Of a stretch of 32,979 nucleotides of DNA, positions 8,751-17,247 are shown one piece after another; the first letter of the stretch is position 1, and each line of letters opens with the position of its first letter. Both the position numbers and the translations under genes were made by a program. Origin of the DNA: Thermoanaerobaculia bacterium (GTDB lineage Bacteria > Acidobacteriota > UBA4820 > JAYVQF01); the NCBI GenBank assembly GCA_043777195.1, contig JAYVQF010000092.1, forward strand, positions 1-32,979, read 5' to 3'. The notes under the pieces were generated by a model. The model ran no database searches and was not told the origin of the DNA. It was given only the letters and a program-made list of their open reading frames with translations.

Positions 8751-8796
8751 GCGATAATTCCCTTTAATTTTTCCATCTCCACGCAGGAATTCCTCC

Positions 8797-9867
8797 ATGA
8801 CAGAACCTCAAACGCCTGCGGCGCCGGCTTCGCCCGATGCCCGCCCGGCCCGCCGTGTTCACAAAAGCGGACTGACCCAGCTGTTTCTCATCCCCATGGC
8901 GGTCTGCCTTGCGGTGCTGGGAATTTTTCTATTGTTCGCGCGCATTTCGACCAGCGACCGGCCCGTCGAAAAGCTGATCGGCAAGATTCAGAATGAGAAG
9001 GGCAACGCGCGCTGGGAAGCGGCCAACGAATTGAGCCGCCGCGCCGGACAAAAACCCGAGCTGCTCAAAGATCCGCGCGTGGTGGATGCGCTGCTCAAGG
9101 GCTGGCAAAGCGCCAAGGCGGATGACCCCGCAACGCGCCAGGTTTTGACGCTGCTGCTCGGCCGCACGGTCGAGGTGCGCGACTATTTCACCATGTCGCT
9201 GGGCGCCACGGGCGATCCCCGGGTGGTGAAGGCGTTGAGCGATGCACTTGAAGGCCCCGATGAAAAGGGGGGCTCGCAGGCGAAAATTTACGCACTTGCC
9301 GCGCTGGGACGCACCGGTTCGCCTGACGCTGCGGCGCCGCTCATCAAATATTCAAGCGATCCCGATCCGGGCCTGCGCAAAATCGCCGCGTATGGCATGG
9401 GGCTCCTGGGGGCGGCTGGCGGGGAGGCGGCGCGCGAGCGGCTGCGCGCCCTGCTCGGCGATGAAACCGTGGATGTGCGCTGGAATGCCGCGCTCGCGCT
9501 GGCCCGCCTGGGCGATGCGGCAGGCGCAGAAATCCTCTGGCAAATGACTGACCGCGAGGCGCTCGGAAAAATCACGCTGCGCCAGCAGGCGTTGGATCCG
9601 CGCACCGGCGCCGTCGGCGAATGGCATGAGTATCCCGTCAGTCCTGAAAATCGCAGCGCGGCGGTGCTGAATGGCCTGAAAGGGCTGGCGATACTTCGCG
9701 ACCCGCGTCTTGAAGCGCGGCTGAAAACTGCGATCGCCGAAGACCCCGATTACAAAGTGCGCGAAGGGGCGCAGCGGCTCAGCGAGAATTTGAGGGAAAT
9801 TCAAGCGCCGGCGGCCGTGCCCGGCGCGCCCCCGATCGCTGCTTCCGGCGCCGCGTCGGCGCCCTGA
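8797..9867 (+). CDS. Membrane-anchored HEAT-repeat protein
   Basis: 356-aa ORF. It has an N-terminal TM helix (LFLIPMAVCLAVLGIFLLFA). HEAT/PBS-lyase-like units follow (ARWEAANELSRRAG, KIYALAALGRTGSPDA, LRKIAAYGMGLLG, VRWNAALALARLGDA, VREGAQRL). Confidence 0.7.
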   Translation: MTEPQTPAAPASPDARPARRVHKSGLTQLFLIPMAVCLAVLGIFLLFARISTSDRPVEKLIGKIQNEKGNARWEAANELSRRAGQKPELLKDPRVVDALLKGWQSAKADDPATRQVLTLLLGRTVEVRDYFTMSLGATGDPRVVKALSDALEGPDEKGGSQAKIYALAALGRTGSPDAAAPLIKYSSDPDPGLRKIAAYGMGLLGAAGGEAARERLRALLGDETVDVRWNAALALARLGDAAGAEILWQMTDREALGKITLRQQALDPRTGAVGEWHEYPVSPENRSAAVLNGLKGLAILRDPRLEARLKTAIAEDPDYKVREGAQRLSENLREIQAPAAVPGAPPIAASGAASAP

Positions 9868-9884
9868 CACGCCACAAGGCGACA

Positions 9885-10466
9885 TTGCGCGTACTCGATT
9901 TTCTGGCCTTCATTCGCGAGGCGAATTCGCTGGAACAGATCCGCCGCGGCGGCTTCGTCATCTCGGGAATTCCGGAAGGGGAAAGCGTACAGGCACACAG
10001 TCACGGCGTTGCATTGACTGCGCTGGGCCTTGCAGAGCTGGAAGGCAAGCCGGTGGATCGCGCGAAGCTGCTGCTCATGGCCCTTCTCCACGACATCGCC
10101 GAAAGCCGCACCGGCGACATGGTGCTGCGTTATCAACATTATTTCCCGGACGGCGCGCTGGCGGCAGCGGAAGCCGCCGCCGGCGGGGAAATCCTCGCGT
10201 CGCTGCCCGCCAGCTGGAAAGCAGCCTACGAGGAATCGCTGGCTTTGAAAACTTACGAAGCCCGGCTGGTGCACGCCGCCGACAAATTGCAGATGATGCT
10301 CAAGGTCTGCGCCTATGAAGATCAGCGGCGCGGCGACCTCGAAAAATTCTGGAAAAATCCCGCCAATTTCCGCGACTGCGGCATCACCGCCGCCCGCAAA
10401 GCCTATGCCGCCCTCGCCAAATCACGCGGCCGGAAAATTCCGATCACCGTCAAATCCCAATCGTAG
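9885..10466 (+). CDS. HD-domain phosphohydrolase (YfbR-like 5'-nucleotidase family)
   Basis: 193-aa ORF starting at TTG. HSHGVALTAL and LLMALLHDIAESRTGD form the H...HD...D metal-binding pattern of small HD hydrolases. Confidence 0.8.
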   Translation: MRVLDFLAFIREANSLEQIRRGGFVISGIPEGESVQAHSHGVALTALGLAELEGKPVDRAKLLLMALLHDIAESRTGDMVLRYQHYFPDGALAAAEAAAGGEILASLPASWKAAYEESLALKTYEARLVHAADKLQMMLKVCAYEDQRRGDLEKFWKNPANFRDCGITAARKAYAALAKSRGRKIPITVKSQS

Positions 10467-10479
10467 CGTTTACGACCCC

Positions 10480-10929
10480 TTAGGCCCGGCCGAGGCGGGT
10501 AAAGATCGCGGCGGCCTTGTCCGTGGGCAGGCCGGCGTCGCCGAAGAAAGTTTCGTCCACCCGTTCCACGACGGCTACCGCCCGCCCGGCCAGCCGTTCC
10601 CCCTGGGCGGTAAGCGCCAGGGTGCGGGTTCGTTTGTCGCCCAAAGAACGATCGCGGCGCAGCAGTCCTTTTTTTTCCAGCGTGCGCACGACCTGCGAGG
10701 TCATCATCGGATCGGCGGCGGCGTGGGTGGCCAGACGATTTTGCGTGACGGGTTCGGGATCGTCCGCCAGCCAAGCCAGACCCGCGAGGAGAATGAACTG
10801 CGCGGGCGTAAGATCGAGCGGCGCCAGGGCATCGCGCAGCGCCCGTTGCCAGCGGTGGGCAGCTTGGCGCAGCAAAAAACCGGCGCGGGCTTGCGGCGCG
10901 GCGAAAAGGGAGGGAAATTCGCGGGACAT
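10480..10929 (-). CDS. MarR-family transcriptional regulator
   Basis: 149-aa ORF: LTPAQFILLAGLAWL, TQNRLATHAAADPMMTSQVVRTLEKKGLLRRDRSLGDKRTRTLALTAQGERL (winged helix-turn-helix of MarR type). It is divergent from the 2-oxoacid dehydrogenase operon. Confidence 0.85.
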   Translation of the reverse strand: MSREFPSLFAAPQARAGFLLRQAAHRWQRALRDALAPLDLTPAQFILLAGLAWLADDPEPVTQNRLATHAAADPMMTSQVVRTLEKKGLLRRDRSLGDKRTRTLALTAQGERLAGRAVAVVERVDETFFGDAGLPTDKAAAIFTRLGRA

Positions 10930-10964
10930 TGGGAGGCGGAGATCGGGTTGAAAACGCAGGAGTT

Positions 10965-11002
10965 TTGAACGCTGATTCTTGGGCTATTATATGCGTGCAT
11001 AT
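10965..11002 (+). promoter_or_regulatory. Candidate sigma70-type promoter with overlapping short palindrome in the AT-rich marR / E1alpha divergent region
   Basis: TTGAAC (10965-10970), a 17-nt spacer, then TATATG (10988-10993). The inverted repeat ATATGC-gt-GCATAT (10989-11002) overlaps the -10 element. It lies in the only strongly AT-rich stretch between the two divergent genes. Motif-level evidence only. Confidence 0.25.
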
Positions 11003-11170
11003 TAAATAAATCAACTATTTTTATCGTCCTAATGTTTCTAAAACAATAGGTTTAAAACGAAGCTGAATGCTGGCGGTGAAAATTTTCTTCAAGACGCGAG
11101 ACTAAACTGAGGCAAAATATCGCGCTTACACATCCCGCCCTTGGGGGCGAACAATTTCGAGGTTTCGCGC

Positions 11171-12328
11171 ATGGCCAAAGCCGCTGCTAAAAAACCGCTG
11201 CTCGACATGGAAGGAGATCCCGCCCTCGGGCTCTTCCAGATCGTCGCCCCCGATGGAAAAATCGTCCGCCCTGACCTCTTCAAAGAGCTGGGATTGCCTG
11301 ACGAACTGCTCCTGCGCCTCTACACCCAAATGGTCTTCAACCGCAAGGTGGAAGAGCGCTTCATTATGCTGCAACGGCAGGGACGCATCAGCTTCTACAT
11401 CGGCCTGGCCGGCGAGGAAGCCGCAGTGATCGGTTCGACCGCCGCCTTGAATCCGGATGATCTGGTGCTGCCGGATTACCGCAGCTCAGCGGCGCTCTTC
11501 TGGCGCGGCATGCCGCTGCAACCCTTCGTGGATCAGCAGTTCGGCACAGCCGCCGACCCCACCAAGGGACGGCAGATGCCCTGCCATCTCTCCAGCAAGG
11601 AACACCATTTCGTTTCGATATCCTCCTGTCTCGCCACCGAAATTCCCAATGCGGTGGGCGCGGCATGGGCTTTCAAGATTCGTAAGACCGGCCAGGTCGC
11701 CATCGCTTACTTCGGCGAGGGTTGCACCTCGGAAGGGGATTTTCATGTCGGCATGAATTTCGCCGGCGTCTTCAAAGCGCCCGCGATTCTCCTGTGCCGC
11801 AACAATCAATGGGCCATCTCCACCCCGGTTTCGCGCCAATCGGCGACCGAGACTTTCGCGCAGAAAGGCGCGGCTTACGGTGTGGAAGGGGTGCGGGTTG
11901 ACGGCAACGACATCATCGGGGTTTACTACGCGACGAAAAAAGCCGCGGAGAAAGCCCGCCGCGGTGACGGGGCAACGCTTATCGAAGCGGTGACCTACCG
12001 CATCGGCGCCCACTCGACTTCCGACGATCCTCGCATGTACCGCAAGGAAGACGAAGTCAAACCCTGGCGCGAAAAAGACCCGATCCTCCGCCTGCGCAAA
12101 GTTCTGGAAACAAAAAAATTATGGACCGACAAACAGGAAGAAGAATTGCTTGCCGACTGCGCCGCGCAGGTTCAGGCCGCCATCAAGCAGAGCGAAGCCA
12201 CCCCCATGCCGGCGCTCTCCACCCTGATGGATGATCTCTTCGCCGAGCCCACGCCCCGCATGCGCAAACAGCTCGCGGAAGTCGAAGCATACATTGCCCA
12301 ACACGGCCCGCTAGATCACGGCCATTAA
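11171..12328 (+). CDS. Branched-chain 2-oxoacid dehydrogenase E1 component, alpha subunit (TPP-dependent)
   Basis: The track ORF starts at TTG 11141, but the ATG at 11171 (MAKAAAKKPLL) is more plausible. Motifs are QRQGRISFYIGLAGEEA (the same motif as in BCKDH E1alpha proteins), GEGCTSEGDFH (TPP-binding GDG-type region), NNQWAIS and YRIGAHSTSDD. Confidence 0.9.
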   Translation: MAKAAAKKPLLDMEGDPALGLFQIVAPDGKIVRPDLFKELGLPDELLLRLYTQMVFNRKVEERFIMLQRQGRISFYIGLAGEEAAVIGSTAALNPDDLVLPDYRSSAALFWRGMPLQPFVDQQFGTAADPTKGRQMPCHLSSKEHHFVSISSCLATEIPNAVGAAWAFKIRKTGQVAIAYFGEGCTSEGDFHVGMNFAGVFKAPAILLCRNNQWAISTPVSRQSATETFAQKGAAYGVEGVRVDGNDIIGVYYATKKAAEKARRGDGATLIEAVTYRIGAHSTSDDPRMYRKEDEVKPWREKDPILRLRKVLETKKLWTDKQEEELLADCAAQVQAAIKQSEATPMPALSTLMDDLFAEPTPRMRKQLAEVEAYIAQHGPLDHGH

Positions 12329-12334
12329 GAGTTA

Positions 12335-12435
12335 TTAACCGCCAAGAACGCCAAGATCGCCAAAAACAAAGAAAGCGTTTACATGCTCCGATTGAAAACA
12401 ATTCCTATGGCGCGCTTGGCGGTCTTGGCGGTTAA
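12335..12435. repeat. Hairpin-forming intergenic repeat, copy 1 (arms of three 9-nt NNCGCCAAG units)
   Basis: Left arm ttaaccgccaagaacgccaagatcgcca (12335-12362). Right arm tggcgcgcttggcggtcttggcggttaa (12408-12435). The arms are reverse complements at 25 of 28 positions and flank a 45-nt AT-rich loop. The element fills most of the E1alpha-E1beta spacer. Confidence 0.8.
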
Positions 12436-12450
12436 ATCAGGAGAAAATTC

Positions 12451-13425
12451 ATGCCCGAAATGAACATGATCCAGGCGCTCAATGATGCGCTCAAGCAGGA
12501 GTTCCGCCGCGATCCGACCACCATATTGCTGGGCGAGGATGTCGGCAAGCTGGGCGGGGTCTTCCGCGTCTCGCTGGGCATGAATGAGGAATTCGGCGAG
12601 GAGCGCGTCGTGGACACGCCGCTAACCGAGAATGGCATCATCGGCGCCGCCATCGGGCTGGCGCTGGGCGGCATGCGACCGGTCGCGGAAATCCAGTTCG
12701 CCGATTACATCTATCCCGGCTTCGACCAGATCGTCAACGAGATGGCGAAGATGCGCTACCGCTCGGGCGGGCAATACAATCTGCCCATGGTCGTGCGCAC
12801 GCCCTGCGGCGGCGGCATACACGGCGGCCATTACCATTCGCAATCGAACGAAGCCTATTTCATACACACGGCGGGACTCAAAGTGGTCATGCCCTCCACG
12901 CCCTATGACGCCAAGGGGTTGCTCGCCGCCGCCATTCGCGACGAAGACCCGGTCATCTTCTATGAACCCAAGCGCCTGTACCGTTCCGCCAAGGGCGAGG
13001 TGCCGGCCGAGGCATACACCATTCCCATCGGCGAGGCGCGGATTGAACGCGAAGGCACGCAGGTCACCCTGATTTCCTACGGCGCTTCCATGGTGGAAAG
13101 CCGCCAGGCTGCCGACGCGGCGGCAGAGAAAGGCATTTCAATCGAACTGATTGATCTGCGCTCGCTCTCCCCATGGGATGAAGAAAAAGTCTGCGAGTCG
13201 GTCAACAAAACCGGCCGTGCCGTCATCGTCCATGAAGCGCCCCGCTCCGTGGGCTTCGGCGCGGAAATTTCCGCGACGATCCACGAAGAATGCATGCTCA
13301 AACTCGAAGCCCCGGTGCAGCGCGTCACCGGCCTTGACATTCCCTATCCCCTGACCCTCGAACGCGAATACATGCCCGACGCCGGCCGCATCCTCGCGGC
13401 CATCGAAAAGACGATCAATTTCTGA
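12451..13425 (+). CDS. Branched-chain 2-oxoacid dehydrogenase E1 component, beta subunit
   Basis: 324-aa ORF: GEDVGKLGGVFRVS, DTPLTENGIIGAAIGLALGGMRPVAEIQFADY, GGHYHSQS, PWDEE. This is the typical transketolase-like E1beta pattern. Confidence 0.95.
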   Translation: MPEMNMIQALNDALKQEFRRDPTTILLGEDVGKLGGVFRVSLGMNEEFGEERVVDTPLTENGIIGAAIGLALGGMRPVAEIQFADYIYPGFDQIVNEMAKMRYRSGGQYNLPMVVRTPCGGGIHGGHYHSQSNEAYFIHTAGLKVVMPSTPYDAKGLLAAAIRDEDPVIFYEPKRLYRSAKGEVPAEAYTIPIGEARIEREGTQVTLISYGASMVESRQAADAAAEKGISIELIDLRSLSPWDEEKVCESVNKTGRAVIVHEAPRSVGFGAEISATIHEECMLKLEAPVQRVTGLDIPYPLTLEREYMPDAGRILAAIEKTINF

Positions 13426-13431
13426 TTTATA

Positions 13432-13534
13432 ACCGCCAAGGCCGCCAAGAGCGCCAAAACATTAGAAGAATAAAAAAATATGAAGATCTTCTCGTCTGCT
13501 TCTTAATCTTGGCGAACTTGGCGGCCTTGGCGGT
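13432..13534. repeat. Hairpin-forming intergenic repeat, copy 2 (same family as 12335-12435)
   Basis: Left arm accgccaaggccgccaagagcgccaaa (13432-13458). Right arm cttggcgaacttggcggccttggcggt (13508-13534). They pair at 24 of 27 positions around a ~50-nt AT-rich loop. The arms are homologous to copy 1 and the loops are unrelated. The element fills most of the E1beta-E2 spacer. Confidence 0.8.
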
Positions 13535-13555
13535 AAAAAATCTCTGGAGATTTCC

Positions 13556-14899
<1,344 letters not shown>

Positions 14900-14925
14900 G
14901 TAATCGACAAGGTACGGAGCATATC

Positions 14926-15204
14926 GTGTCCGGATCAGTTGAATGTTCCATTCACGGCGCGCAAGAGGAAACCTTTGTTTGTTTTCATCTGGCCGAGTCT
15001 TTATCCAGCCAACAGCCGGTCGGATTTTTCCAAGCATCCAAACCGCGCGGAGACGCTTGGTGTAGGCAGTGTGAAACAGTCAGGGTTCAAGAAGGCGGAG
15101 AATCCGGAGACTGGAACGATCGCTCGATGGCGTATGCACAGATAAATTTGCTTTGCAGCTCCTGTTATGACAAGGTTCGCGAGATCAACACCGCAGCGCC
15201 CTAA
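14926..15204 (+). CDS. Small Cys/His-rich hypothetical protein (possible Zn-binding), cargo of the islet
   Basis: 92-aa ORF starting at GTG. It has paired ligand motifs C7-x2-H10, C19-x-H21, C46-x2-C49 and C77-x2-C80. It lies in a stretch visibly less GC-rich than the flanking genes. I recognise no family. Confidence 0.4.
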   Translation: MSGSVECSIHGAQEETFVCFHLAESLSSQQPVGFFQASKPRGDAWCRQCETVRVQEGGESGDWNDRSMAYAQINLLCSSCYDKVREINTAAP

Positions 15205-15328
15205 AAATCATTCAAAGTACGGAAATACGAATGTGAGTCAATGAGTCATTGCGAGGAGGATCTGGCCGACGAAGCAATCGGAGGGCAAGCACTAATTCAC
15301 GATTCGATCTCATATTCTCAATCAGCCC

Positions 15329-15724
15329 TCACCCCGGTCCCGTCCGAAACATCTCACCCGCAAAGAAATGGGTGATGACCGCGGCGAAAACGATACCGAT
15401 GGCGAGGAGCAGGAGCCGCCCCCATTTCCAGATCGGTTGGAGCCCTGCGAATTGCACGAAGAGATCGGGGATATACGCGGCGCAGTAGGCGATATTGGCG
15501 AGGACTGCGAGAAAGAAGAGGCCGAGCAGAAGGTTGAAGGTGAGGGCCTCCTTCGAGCCGGGGAAAGCGAGAAAGAACTCAAGCAATACGACGAGAAAGA
15601 GCGCCAGGTTGTAAACCAGCCGCATCGGCTCCCAGAATTTGAGCGCAGCGGCGGCATGGCCACGCAGTCGGTTGAGAAAGCCACCGCTGGGGCTGCCGCC
15701 GGTTTGCCCGGCATCGCCGCTCAT
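15329..15724 (-). CDS. Small integral membrane protein (3-4 predicted TM helices), cargo of the islet
   Basis: 131-aa ORF from an ATG. Hydrophobic segments are LVYNLALFLVVLLEFFLAF, LLLGLFFLAVLANIAYCAAYI and LLLLAIGIVFAAVITHFFAG. It is convergent with 14926..15204. I recognise no family. Confidence 0.5.
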   Translation of the reverse strand: MSGDAGQTGGSPSGGFLNRLRGHAAAALKFWEPMRLVYNLALFLVVLLEFFLAFPGSKEALTFNLLLGLFFLAVLANIAYCAAYIPDLFVQFAGLQPIWKWGRLLLLAIGIVFAAVITHFFAGEMFRTGPG

Positions 15725-15812
15725 CGATTCGCCGCCGAGCGAGGCGTCCGTCTTTCGTAATGCGGCATGGGTGGAATCATGCCATATGATGTGCCTGCGT
15801 GCGAAAGAGCCT

Positions 15813-15877
15813 GGTTCATGACGGATTTGGTCAAACTGTTGGAGAATCCGGCGGGGATGATGCTGGAAATGGTGTGA
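15813..15877 (+). repeat. Direct repeat DR-R: displaced relic copy of the E2 gene 3' end
   Basis: Near-identical copy of 14835-14899. In the E2 frame it reads FMTDLVKLLENPAGMMLEMV-stop. It is preceded by unrelated sequence and followed within 25 nt by the terminator hairpin. Confidence 0.95.
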
Positions 15878-15902
15878 CGCCGGACCCTCGTAGCTATTGC
15901 AG

Positions 15903-15934
15903 GGGCGGGTCTAAGACCCGCCCTTCTTCATTTT
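15903..15934 (+). terminator. Intrinsic terminator hairpin after the relic E2 3' end (shared convergent site with rlmN)
   Basis: gggcgggtc-taa-gacccgccc forms a perfect 9-bp GC-rich stem with a 3-nt loop. It is followed by ttcttcatttt on the + strand. On the minus strand it sits just after the rlmN stop but without a T-run. Confidence 0.6.
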
Positions 15935-17145
15935 CCAGATGAAGGATTTGCCGTCTTCGATTTATCCGCCGAATGCAGCGCATGCAACTGCCCGCACGCT
16001 CCGAAAATATCCACCCCTTTTGATTTCCTTACCGTGGTCGTGAAACCCTTGTGTATGAGGCGATCCTGAAACTCCTGGACTTCGGTGTCGCTCGGCCGCT
16101 GGAGATCCAACTCCGGCGCGGGATTCCAGGGGATGAGATTGATCTTGCAGGGAATTCCCTGCGCCAATTTCGCCAGAGCGTTGGCGTGACGCGGTGAAGT
16201 GTTGATGCCGCTGAGGAGGGGGAATTCGAAGAACATCCGCTCGTTCGATCGCCACTCGACGCCGTCGCGCAGGAATTCGGCGATTTCGTCTATGGGAAAT
16301 GTTTCGTTGACCGGCATCAATTCGCTGCGCTGTACGTTGATCGCGGTGGTAAGCGAGAGCGCCAGGCGCGGCCGCCGCTCAATGCGCGCCCATTCCCTGA
16401 TGCCGTCGAGTACGCCGGCGGTGGAGACGGTGATGCGGCGCCACGAAATCTTCGCGCCGTCGGGATCGGTGAGGATGTCGAGCGCCGCCCAGAGATTTTT
16501 GCGATTGAGAAAGGGTTCTCCCTGACCCATGAAGACGATGTTGAAGGGTTTTTCGATGAGGGGCGGACCGGCGGCGGGACCGACGGAGAGATCGGCGGAT
16601 TTTCGCGGATTCGGAGTGAAGGGCAGGGGGTAGGGGGTTTGCGACTGCGGATTGGGAATGATCATGGCGTCGCGCATTTCGTAGCGCATGGCGAAGAGCG
16701 CGCCGAGAATTTCACCGGTCGTGAGATTGCGCGTGAAACCCAGCTTTCCCGTCATACAAAAGGAACAGGCCAGCGCGCATCCGACTTGGGACGACAGACA
16801 AAAAGTCACCCGCTCGCCTTCGGGGATGTAAACCCCTTCCACCGTCTTGCCATCATCCAGTTTCAGAAGAAATCGCACCGTGCCATCACTCGACAGATAG
16901 TTCGCATCCAGCGACGGCCAGCGGATTTCATATTTCTCCGCGAGTTCTTCACGCGAGCGCTTCGACAAATCGGTGAGCGCAGCGAAGTCGCGAATCAGCC
17001 GCAGATAAAGCCCCTGATAAACGCTCTCGATTTGGTATTTCTTCGCCAGCAGCGGCGCCAACTCGGATTGTAGCTGGGGGCGAGTCAGCCCGAAGAGATT
17101 CATGCGAAGCGGGAGGTCCGGCGCGAGCGGCAAGGGGCGGGTCAC
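15928..17145 (-). CDS. rlmN: 23S rRNA/tRNA adenine C2-methyltransferase RlmN (radical SAM)
   Basis: 405-aa ORF with SSQVGCALACSFCMTGKLG (CxxxCxxC radical-SAM cluster), NIVFMGQGEP, TVSTAG, NLIPWNP and the C-terminal GACGQL. The track start is GTG 17145. The ATG at 17103 (MNLFGLTRPQL) is an alternative start. Confidence 0.9.
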   Translation of the reverse strand: MTRPLPLAPDLPLRMNLFGLTRPQLQSELAPLLAKKYQIESVYQGLYLRLIRDFAALTDLSKRSREELAEKYEIRWPSLDANYLSSDGTVRFLLKLDDGKTVEGVYIPEGERVTFCLSSQVGCALACSFCMTGKLGFTRNLTTGEILGALFAMRYEMRDAMIIPNPQSQTPYPLPFTPNPRKSADLSVGPAAGPPLIEKPFNIVFMGQGEPFLNRKNLWAALDILTDPDGAKISWRRITVSTAGVLDGIREWARIERRPRLALSLTTAINVQRSELMPVNETFPIDEIAEFLRDGVEWRSNERMFFEFPLLSGINTSPRHANALAKLAQGIPCKINLIPWNPAPELDLQRPSDTEVQEFQDRLIHKGFTTTVRKSKGVDIFGACGQLHALHSADKSKTANPSSGK

Positions 17146-17247
17146 ACAAGGATTTTACCGGGCGGGACGGATGAGGGTGAAATAGCCAGATGAACAGCGG
17201 CCGTCGCTGCCGCAATTCCTCGCGACCGAACCCTCGACGCCTTCCAC

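Noticed and set aside
11141-11170. TTG start at 11141 for E1alpha
   Set aside because: The in-frame ATG at 11171 gives a conventional MAKAAAKK N-terminus. The 10 extra codons have no support. The choice remains uncertain.
12335-13534. Could the CGCCAAG-containing repeats be a CRISPR array or integron attC sites?
   Set aside because: There are only two loci. The arms are inverted rather than direct, and there are no uniform spacers, so this is not CRISPR. The right end of copy 1 does read GTTAAAT (GTTRRRY-like). However, the left inverse core and both ends of copy 2 do not fit RYYYAAC/GTTRRRY. The flanking genes are a conserved enzyme operon, not cassettes.
15245-15279. Motif gtcattgcgaggaggatctggccgacgaagcaatc in the islet spacer. 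It resembles the widespread cattgcgag...cgaagcaatc (CEE..DEAI / LAMT-type) short repeat that I recall from many unrelated genomes.
   Set aside because: There is a single copy in this window, the inverted-repeat pairing is weak (only ATTGC/GCAAT), and the resemblance is from memory only. It is not enough to call a feature, though it is worth including in a genome-wide repeat search.
15767-15877. 37-aa mini-ORF (MGGIMPYDVPACERAWFMTDLVKLLENPAGMMLEMV) ending in the relic E2 tail
   Set aside because: Its C-terminal 20 residues are simply the duplicated E2 end. It is most parsimoniously a by-product of the duplication rather than a gene.
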